From assembly GCF_000143415.4 (NCBI RefSeq), contig NW_003314471.1, forward strand, positions 10,601 to 22,217: a stretch of 11,617 nucleotides of DNA. Direction: 5' to 3'. The position numbers were made by a program, and so were the translations under genes. Of the stretch, positions 1 through 8,123 are shown piece by piece. Source of the stretch: Selaginella moellendorffii. Taxonomy: Eukaryota > Plantae > Lycopodiophyta. Within the stretch, counting starts at the first letter, position 1. Each line of letters starts with the position of its first letter. The notes under the pieces were generated by a model that worked only from the letters and a program-made list of their open reading frames with translations, had not been told where the DNA came from and did not search any database.

Positions 1-1431
1 GGTGTCTAGAGTGTCCGGGGTCCCAATGATGGCTTTCTTGACAATGAGTATTTCCTTTTATGACATTGACTTACTATATCGCAACACAAGCAACTTATCC
101 CCCGTAAGGGTATATCCAACTTCCCTATGCTATTAAGAAGTCTTGGGTAGCTACCTTCTACCCGTTTAACCAGTTATTTTGCATCTCTTGCTTAGTTGCC
201 TCATAGTTGTCAAGTCCTACAACTCATTGCTTGGTGCTTTCACACCTCCATCATTATCTGGGTCACCACACTCTAACCGCATGCCTTCCAGCTTAGGCCA
301 TGCCATTCCCGCTTTCGTTGGGATTCCCTTGACAAGGGGTTCTTATGAACCCACCATCATAACCTCAAGGTATCACACCTTGGCACATTTGGTGTCTCCA
401 CACCATCGGCCCCACGAGCCTACCGTTATGACACTACTTATTAGTGTCTAGGTCTTTGCCAAGACCAATATAGTTGTTCCTCATGCTAACTATCCGTTAG
501 CACCGTACCATAGTGTTTACGCCCAATTCTAGGCCAAGGTTGCTTTCTTCTGGGAACATCTTTCCCACAACTTTAGTATGGCACATTCTGCCATCAATGA
601 GATACCTATTATTCTCATACTTGGATCTTATGATCCTCCCCATACCTCATGGGGCACCATACACCTCAGTCCAAATGCTTCAACCAATCCCTTAGGACCA
701 TTATCTGACTCCACTTGAGTCATCCAGCAGTTTTGGACTTGGTTAATCCATAGACCCGTAAGGTCTTATTTGTGAGGCACTAGCTCACTGGAATACACTT
801 CTTGCATTTTTGTCCTACTCAAAAGGACTATTTTCACAAGTGTTACTCTGACACTTGATTTTGTTCTCTGAGGGCAACCTTTGCCCCTTAGGACTACTTG
901 TCCATGTGATGAGAATACCACTCATCTCTAAGTACACCCCCCAACTCCTTGGGTTGTTCCAGCATTTATTAAAGGTAGCCCCGGCTACCACTTCAAGGAC
1001 TTGAGTCTTCTTCCGTATTTGATCTCCCACGGTCATTACTTCTGGTCTCACATTCATGAGCACCAACCTCAACTATATGAGGATAATCTTGTGACTCCTT
1101 TATTGCTTTGGAGTCTTTATCTTTCCCGTGATCCCAACTGTAGTTGTTTACCACAACTACATTAGCCAGTTTGCTAAGTTAAACGCTCGTCTGGATCACA
1201 TCCTCAACTCTCTGAGGACAACCATATACTGTTCCCAAGATCCCAAAGCCGTTCCCTTACTGGCCCCTTTTCTATCCACCACATCGCGCCCAAGTTCGTG
1301 CATGAACTCGAGTGGAGAGCCATGTCCTCTCGACGTGCTACTCCTCAAGGATAGGCCCACTCCTAGGACCTTCCGATGCCAATATCAATGGTGATATACT
1401 TGAGCACCAATAAAAGTCGGACTAAGGAACA
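1..1431 (-). mobile_element. Internal region of LTR retrotransposon element A (decayed, no intact gag/pol; continues beyond the window start)
   Basis: Directly follows the PBS and LTR on the minus strand. It is purine-rich on the minus strand and has only short ORFs. Its 1-470 part matches 3147-3632 (+) through collinear anchors. The superfamily cannot be assigned from what is visible. Confidence 0.75.
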
Positions 1432-1443
1432 GCTCCGATACCA
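1432..1443 (-). promoter_or_regulatory. Primer binding site (PBS) complementary to the 3' end of initiator tRNA-Met
   Basis: The minus strand reads ...GCTTACA-ACT-TGGTATCGGAGC. This is the canonical plant TGGTATCAGAGC with one mismatch, 3 nt after the LTR-terminal CA. Confidence 0.88.
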
Positions 1444-2414
1444 AGTTGTAAGCGACTAATTTTTCCATTCTACTTTAGTCACTTAACCACACCTCCGACC
1501 ACTTGGAGGAATCTCATTCACAACCTCCATAAGTCCAATTTAGGACTTGGGACTTGCTAGCCCCGAGAAGGGCATCCATGCCACTCCACATTTGCACTTG
1601 GTCCAAGTGCTCCACGTGTCCGATCCCATGACCGACACTCAAAGGTACCACCGACATGGCAGCTTGTTATGCTAAGGCCATGCCCAATCACCTTTGCCAC
1701 ACTGGTAGTCGAATACCACTTGCATCACAGTCTTGGCTCTCCAAGACTAGGCAAACCATCCGTGAGTGGTCATCTCAAATCCACTCCTTAGCATCCTCAT
1801 GATGCCCACTGACAAGGGGAATATCCTTCCCCAATATCCCTCTGTCAGTCTCCACTAAGTCCCTTTCTACCCCTGGCCGTGTTTGCCAACACTGCCACTG
1901 GATCGAGGCCCACAGGCCCGACCACTAAGTCCCACGATCCTCTGGGACTTCCTCACCACATGACTGTGTCCTTGGTCACTACCTCAGAGGACTGCTCCTC
2001 TTCCTTTCCACAGTCTGGGCCTTTGGGACAACATTTCGGAACACCGTGGCCTTACGCGAGCCACCTGGGTACTCTCCCCGCCTTCCGCCCTTGGGTGCTC
2101 TAGCCATGGGCTTAGAGCGAGGTTCCATTGAGCCACGCCTGGTATCCAAGTAGGTAGTGCCACCCACACTTGGATTGGGAGCATCGGCCAGTCGATCTCC
2201 CGGGGGAACTAGAGCCGGCTCTTGAACACTTCACCAAGCTACCCCGCTTGTCAGTCCGTGTTCACTCTAGTCTTGGACTTCCCAGTGGTCAGCTCATCAC
2301 CCAACACTGGGTCTAGCCTTCCTGGGCCAAACTGGCCTTTCCTGGCCAAACTGGCTCCACTGGGCTCCAACCCCCACACTCTCCATACTATACTTTTGGA
2401 ACCCCCCGCAGCCC

Positions 2415-2517
2415 NNNNNNNNNNNNNNNNNNNNNNNNNNNNNNNNNNNNNNNNNNNNNNNNNNNNNNNNNNNNNNNNNNNNNNNNNNNNNNNNNNNNNN
2501 NNNNNNNNNNNNNNNNN
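2415..2517. other. Assembly gap (103 N) inside LTR A
   Basis: Run of N from 2415 to 2517. Confidence 0.99.
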
Positions 2518-2535
2518 CACTGCCTGTATTAGTAT

Positions 2536-2648
2536 TCGGACTCGAACTCGGGCTCAAACTCAGACTCGGACTCGGTCTCGGTCCCGGTTTTGGACTCGGA
2601 CTCAGTCTCGGTCTCGGTCTCGGCCTTGGTCTCGGTCCCGGTTTCGGT
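2536..2648. repeat. Degenerate hexamer tandem repeat (CTCGGA/CTCGGT), ~19 units, in LTR A
   Basis: ctcgaa ctcggg ctcaaa ctcaga ctcgga ctcggt ctcggt cccggt ... read directly. Confidence 0.92.
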
Positions 2649-2918
2649 TCCATCTCGGACTCCATCTCGGACTCCATCTCGGGTCCATCTCGGACTCTAT
2701 CTCGGACTCCCTCTCGGACTCCATCTCGGACTCCATCTCTGGTCCATCTCGGACTCCATCTCGGGTCCATCTCGGACTCCATCTCGGACTCCATCTCGGG
2801 TCCATCTCGGACTCCATCTCGGGTCCATCTCGGACTCCATCTCGGACTCCATCTCGGGTCCATCTCGGACTCCATCTCGGGTCCATCTCGGACTCCATCT
2901 CGGGTCCATCTCGGACTC
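2646..2918. repeat. Minisatellite of 12-bp (GGACTCCATCTC, A) and 11-bp (GGGTCCATCTC, B) units, 23 units, in LTR A
   Basis: Unit order on the + strand is B A A B A A A A B A B A A B A B A A B A B A B. Confidence 0.96.
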
Positions 2919-2921
2919 CTC

Positions 2922-3103
2922 CACGTGTCATGTGTTGGTCCTTTTTGGATCCCTTTTTGGAGCCTCGCCTATGGCTCGCTTCGTGCTCATTCCTTGAGCA
3001 CTTCGTTGGGAGTTCCACTCCCGCTCTTGACTTTTCAAGTCGGAGCTTTTGGTCCAAACGTGTTACGCTCGTTTGGCTCTCGCTTCGGCCACTACCACGT
3101 GGC
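2922..3103. promoter_or_regulatory. Cluster of ACGTG-core (G-box/ABRE-like) motifs in the 5' (U3-position) part of LTR A
   Basis: CACGTGTC at 2922-2929, ACGTG at 3058-3062 and CCACGTGGC at 3095-3103. All three ACGTG cores are retained in LTR B (4203-4209, 4068-4072, 4027-4035). Function is not shown. Confidence 0.45.
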
Positions 3104-3146
3104 ACACTTCCGGCTCCACTTTGGGGCCTAGGGATTGTATCTCACA

Positions 3147-3983
3147 GAGACGTACTAGGAGTAAACACCCTCTGGACTTGGCAAAGTAAAGTCTCTACTA
3201 TGGAATTGAAAGGATACCTCGAGAATGGAGGTGGCGATCCTGTGTTGCGTGGTGCAATAATCAAGGATAGGAGCAAAAGACTAGTGGCTAAGAAAAGGGC
3301 CATAGGAATCATGGGATAGAAGCCAAATGGCAAAGTTAGTCCAAGAACACTAATGTGTTGGACGCTAACAGATTATGGGAAGGCAATGTGTTTCCAAGGA
3401 TAGGTTCCCAATTGCTCCGATTTGGCGAAGGTGGAAGCTCCAAAGAATGGAGTGGTAAAGTAGCCAAATGATAGGGCTATGGACAACCATAGCACGAATT
3501 ACAATAACTGGAACTTAGTGCCAAAGGTGGCACAAAATCGAAGAGAGGATGATGTTGCCCTCAAGTAGAGAACTTCTTAGGATGGGGAAGTGGAGTTGCA
3601 CAATATGTGCAATGCAAAGTGTCGAAGACACCTAAGAAATTGACTTCGAGAAGTCAGAATTAAAAGTTCCAAAGTGCAAGGGTTATATCGATGGAAAGTG
3701 AGACCACTCGAGAATGAGTAGTGGGATTGAGTTAGAAAATGTGTCTCTAACAGGTTTAGCGAGAACTAAACTAATAAAAGGAGAGAACCACCACAAGTGG
3801 TCGAATGAACCTCTAAGTTGGAGAGGCTATGCCCCTTAGAGGATGGACAAGGCATGGTGAGCCTTTGGTGTCAAACCATAGACAAATATTAACTAGGTGC
3901 CAAGGATGGGAAGGGTAATACATGTTGGTATTACTTTATCAATTGGTTCATCGTTCAATGAGGACATCGAACTTCGTCTATGG
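3147..3983 (+). mobile_element. 3' portion of the internal region of element B (same family as A, opposite strand), non-coding or decayed
   Basis: Purine-rich on the + strand. Collinear anchors to the reverse complement of 1-470 are 3173-3186/454-467, 3213-3223/364-374, 3503-3511/170-178, 3572-3579/134-141 and 3626-3632/1-7. It runs straight into LTR B. No clean polypurine tract is visible. Confidence 0.72.
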
Positions 3984-4213
3984 GTGGTGACAAAATCCAT
4001 AGGCCCCAAAGTGGAGCCGAAAGGGTGCCACGTGGTAGTGGCCAAAGCGAAAGCCAAACAAGCATAACACGTTTGGACTAAAAGCTTCGACTTGAAAAGG
4101 TCGAGAGTGGGAGTGGAACTCCCAACAAAGTGCTCGAGCAAAAAGCACGAGGCGAGCCATGAGTGAGTCTCTAGAAAAGGAGACACAAGAGGACCAAAAC
4201 ATGACACGTAGAA

Positions 4214-4369
4214 GAGTCCGAGATGGACCCGAGATGGAGTCCGAGATGGACCCGAGATGGAGTTCGAGATGGAGTCCGAGATGGATCCGAGATGGAGTCC
4301 GAGATGGACCTGAGATGGAGTCCGAGATGGACCCGAGATGGAGTCCGAGATGGACCCGAGATAGAGTCT
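4214..4369. repeat. 11/12-bp minisatellite in LTR B (GAGATGGACCC / GAGATGGAGTCC), 13 units
   Basis: Unit order on the + strand is B A B A A B A B A B A B A. These are the reverse complements of the LTR A units. Confidence 0.95.
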
Positions 4370-4522
4370 GAAGTCGAGACCGAGACCGGGACCGAGACCG
4401 AGACCGAGATCTGGACTGAGACCGAGACCGAGGCCAAGGCCGAGACCGAGCCCGAGCCCGAGCCCGAGTCCAAGTCTGAGTCCAAGTCCAAGTCCGAGTC
4501 CAAGTCCGAGTTCGAGTCTGAG
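4370..4522. repeat. Degenerate hexamer repeat (ACCGAG > CCCGAG > TCCGAG), ~25 units, in LTR B
   Basis: accgag accggg accgag ... cccgag cccgag ... tccaag tctgag tccaag read directly. Confidence 0.92.
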
Positions 4523-5744
4523 AGGGTGAAAGCCCAAAGTGTTCGTCTCCCAGACCCTGGGGGGTTTGGTGAGCTCCAAAAGTATAGTAAAGGGGAGGAC
4601 TGCAGTGGAGCCAGTTGGGCCAGGAAAGGCCAATTTGGCCCAAAAAGGCTGTACCCAGTGTTGGGTGATGAGCTGCCCACTGTGAAATCTAAAACTAGAG
4701 TGAACACGGACTGATAAGTGGGGTAGCTTGGTGAAGTGTTCAAGAGCCAGCTTTAGTTCCCCCGGGAGATCGACTGGCTGATGCTCCCAATCCAAGTGTG
4801 GGTGGCACTATCTACTTGGATACCTGGCATGGCTCAACGGAACCTAACTCTAAGCCCATGGCTAGAGCACTTAAAGGCAAAAGGCATGGAGAGTACCCAT
4901 GAGACTTGCGTAAGGCCATGGTGTTCCAAAATGTTGTCCCAAAGTCCCAAACGGTGAAAGGGAAGAGGAGTAGTCCTCTAGTGCAGTGACCAAGGATACG
5001 ATCACATGTTGAAGAAGTCCCAAAGGATAGTGGGACTTAGAGGTTGAGCCTGCGGGCCTTGATCTAGTGGTAGTGTTGGCGAACACGGCTATGGACAGAA
5101 AGGGACTTGGTGGGGACTGGAAAAGAGTTGTCGGGGAAGGTTATTTTTCATGTCTACGGGCATCCTAAGGATGTTAAAGAGTAAATCTGGGATGATCACT
5201 CACGGACGGATGGCCCAGTCTTTGAGAGACGGGACTATGATGCAGGTGGCGTTAAACCACCGGTGTGACCAAGGTGAATGGGTATGGCCTTAGTGTAACA
5301 GGCCGATATGTCGGTGGTGCCTTAGGGTGTCAGTCATGGGATCAGACACATGGAGCACTTGGACCAAGTGCAAAGGTTGAGTGGCATGGATGCCATTCTT
5401 GGGGCTAGCAAGCCCGAAGTCCTAACTGGGACTTATGGAAGTTGTGAATGAGACTCCTCCAAGTGGTCGGAGGTGCGGTTAAGTGACTAAAGTAAAATGG
5501 AAAACTTAGTCGCTTACAATATTGCTCCCATTGCAACATCAGAACTCACAGTATAGAAAGGTGTTGGAAGCTTTATCTAGAGCTGTGACCACCACGTTTT
5601 CAATGTGTCCAAGAGCAACCATTCACTGATAATAGCACTATAACACAAGCGAAGGATCGCTACTAAAAATAGCTTGAGCAGCATGCAATCGAGGATGTAC
5701 CTTTGTCATCTTCCAACAAAGGAAAATCTCTAATGGGACAAGTC

Positions 5745-6600
5745 AATGCAATCAGGATCCCAAGGAAGAGTTTGCAAAGACAATAGCCACATGAGCACAA
5801 AAGAAAAAAACAACTAATCAAGAGAAAATTGATGGCGATCCAACTCCTTCAGCAATCACTAATCCAATACTAAAGGTGGCATGCAAACTCCCATTCACGC
5901 CTCTCCTTCCCAGATATCTTGCACCTTTCTTTGGTAGGGACTTGGAGTGTGCACTTCAACAATTGATGGAAACATTTGTCACCTTTTTGTGGTGTGAGCT
6001 TTCATGTATGATTCCTAGCTTTAGATAGCATCTAAAGGACTTTACAAGGTCTACTAAAGCCATAGCCTCTTTCCTATTGGATGTGCACATCATTGACATA
6101 GCCTCCTTTTCTAATCTAGATGCAATTTTTGCACCTATAGGCTTTGGCGATAGTTCTCCCATCATCAATGCTTTTGTCGATTTTGGATTTGGGAGCAATG
6201 TGATCTCTTCAGCCACAAGAGCAGGTTTTCAAGTCTCTAGAAGCACAACTTTGATCCTAAAGATGTTTGCAAACTACATTGTTATCCCCACGGGCATTTG
6301 ATGTAGTGTTCGAGTTTACATTAATGGGGTGGAATCTTTTTTGAACTTTGTAGTGGTAAACTACCAAAAGTTCAGCTCCACACCTTTGAAGGACTCCCTC
6401 ATCATTGGACAAGTTTGGCATGATTAGGCTTGAGGCATCACAAATTGGTCACTCGGCATAATAGAGATTAGCGACAATCACTGAACTTCTTGTTTCTATA
6501 ATGCTTGTGGACACTCTTTGTTGGGAAAGCTTCAAGAATAGCCTCCAGGACTATCTCAAAGCCAATCAATATCCTTCGAGCCAATATTATCTTCCTCGAC
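5745..6600 (-). mobile_element. Decayed LINE (L1-like) ORF2 reverse-transcriptase remnant; boundaries approximate
   Basis: Ordered motifs on the minus strand, with frameshifts and deletions: KCP/GD (~6299-6283, cf. KAPGPDG); ITLLPNPK...WENYR (cf. ITLIPK...NYRPISL); GAKIASRL; ALVDLVKSF (cf. xxDFxKAFD); VNGSLHATFSIGLVIAEGVGSPSIF (~5898-5826, cf. VNG..F...RGxRQGxPLSPxLF); FLGIL (~5766-5752, cf. YLGIP). The YADD segment is absent. Confidence 0.72.
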
Positions 6601-7350
6601 ACCCTTTCCCCACTCGCTGATTGTTATCTTTCTTGAGTTGATCGAAGATCCATCACAGCCTGAGTTCAACATGTTCCAGTGCAATACTATTTACACAGGC
6701 TTTCCCACTTATCATAGCAAACACTTAGTTTGATCAGAGTGATGGCCAATTTCAAGAGTCGCCAATCTTCCTAGTGGAGGCTCTTCTGATGACATCATTT
6801 CTTTTCAAGCGTGGACCTTATGTGGAGGATCTCCTCTCAATTACAGCTTAGTCTTAGAGCCTTCATCATGGTACTCCAATGAAGCATGTGCATTCTATGG
6901 TGTCCGTGACCTTTGAAGTGGGAACAACGATTATGAGTGAGAGTAGCCCAGCCTCTTTATTTGATTAGACTACTTGTACTTTCATAGATTTCCAAGTATT
7001 ATTGCTTGCGCTATCTTTGTGCCATACTACAAACTTCCAACTTTCCAACATGGACAAGCTTCATGCTCGTGACATGAAGATCCTTGCCCTTGATGAGCAA
7101 TGTAGGGCTTTAATTGAGCAAACCAAGGCAGACATTGACTCCAAAGTTCCTAGTTTAATCATCTTTTCTCCTGAACAACTTGTTCTTCTCAAAAAGTTCA
7201 CTTTGTCCTCCAAATTTTCTTCACAGTGGCTTAGCCTCTACTTCATCTAGTGCTAAGTGGAGGGTGGTTCATATGTGCTCGCCAATAAAATTGGCCATGA
7301 GCTTCCACATGCTCACAATCATCGCCACCTCAAAGCATTAATGTAATGAC

Positions 7351-7371
7351 TTTTTTTTTTTTTTCTTTTTT
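7351..7371. repeat. Poly(T) tract (T14-C-T6)
   Basis: Read directly from the sequence. Confidence 0.9.
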
Positions 7372-7565
7372 CCCCATTTTCTTTCACCTCTTCTCTTTTG
7401 TCTTCAGGTTTTACTACCTTGGTGCATGGGTTCCAGCTTGGATTTCAGCCACAAGGTTGCATCAACTTTTTTCATATATGAGCTTTTACGATTTCTTGGT
7501 AAGTTCTCAATTGTTTTCTGGATCTATCACTTTCACTTTATCCCATCATTCATCACATTTTTTTT

Positions 7566-8033
7566 ATCTCAAGCCTTCCTAGTGCATTTTGCTCTATCAC
7601 AAATGTATATTGCAACTTTCCATGCCAACTATATGTGCTAAATGACAATTGTCCAAGGCTCAAAACTCCACTAAAAGATACTTGAACTTCAAGACTATTG
7701 CACTCAATATACATGCTAATAAGAACAACCTGGGTAGAGACAAAATTGCTACCTGGCAAAACATCAACTCATTTTGTCCCTTCTAGACATAAGTATGCAT
7801 AGAGGTGGATTGCTTGCTTACCACACTCATGCAACACGTACACACTGATCATCGTGTTTCATCCTGCTCAATCAAATGCATCTCAATGAGCCCACACTTT
7901 CCATACATATAAACTCAACTACTAGAAAGAATTCAAGCACAGATTTACTTGCCCTTGGAGAGAATCTCCCAGCACAGTGCAAACACCCATGGCCTTCAGA
8001 AGAGTGATCTCATTGCCCTCCATGCCTCCAAGG
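7566..8033 (-). pseudogene. PLS-class pentatricopeptide repeat (PPR) protein pseudogene fragment
   Basis: Minus-strand pieces across frameshifts and stops: GMEGNEITLLKAMGVCTVLGDSLQG/K*ICA*ILSS (cf. EGxxPNEITF..L.AC..LG.L.QGKQIHARI), MYGKCGLIE (7908-7882), TYV*KGQNE, LISMYIECNSLE (~7723-7688), PWTIVI/STYSWHG and MH*EGL. All are typical PPR motif segments. Confidence 0.82.
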
Positions 8034-8123
8034 GTGCGAACTCTTACTCCAAGTACGTTTCTCAGTGGTCGAGGCTTTTGAGAGGTAAAATCGAACCCTA
8101 TCCTCCTTTTGCCCTTTCTTTTG

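Larger units (their letters stand above)
1447..3146 (-). mobile_element. 5' LTR of element A (~1.7 kb including a 103-N gap)
   Basis: The minus strand starts TGTGAG (3146) and ends CTTACA (1447), giving TG...CA ends and a 5/6 terminal inverted repeat. It is followed by the PBS. It aligns end to end with the reverse complement of ~3984-5518, with 9 mismatches in the first 118 nt counted from 1447. Confidence 0.88.
3984..5518 (+). mobile_element. 3' LTR of element B (~1.53 kb)
   Basis: Inverted copy of 1447-3146, ending ...GTCGCTTACA at 5518. It is followed by ATATT rather than a PBS, so it is a downstream LTR. The 5' end is degenerate by a few nt. Confidence 0.87.

Noticed and set aside
2646-2918. 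CRISPR-like array
   Set aside because: Head-to-tail 11/12-bp units with no unique spacers, no cas genes, and a eukaryotic context.
2222-3319. Long RS-rich, 'SISD' and 'WSPR' ORFs on both strands over the repeats (also 3893-4795)
   Set aside because: These are by-products of stop-free tandem repeats inside LTRs. They are open in several frames, span an N gap, and their frames are not conserved between the two LTRs.
1447-5518. Single DNA transposon (Mutator/foldback) with 1.5-kb terminal inverted repeats
   Set aside because: There is no target-site duplication (CAAGT versus ATATT), the left flank is a tRNA-Met PBS, and the spacer is retroelement internal sequence. Two opposed LTRs explain it better.
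3984-5518. LTR B as a solo LTR
   Set aside because: The flanks do not form a 5-bp duplication, and the upstream sequence is homologous to the family's internal region.
7553-7759. LINE endonuclease-like reading of TYSWHG...GRLE
   Set aside because: It fits PPR motifs better, in context with LISMYIECNSLE and MYGKCG.
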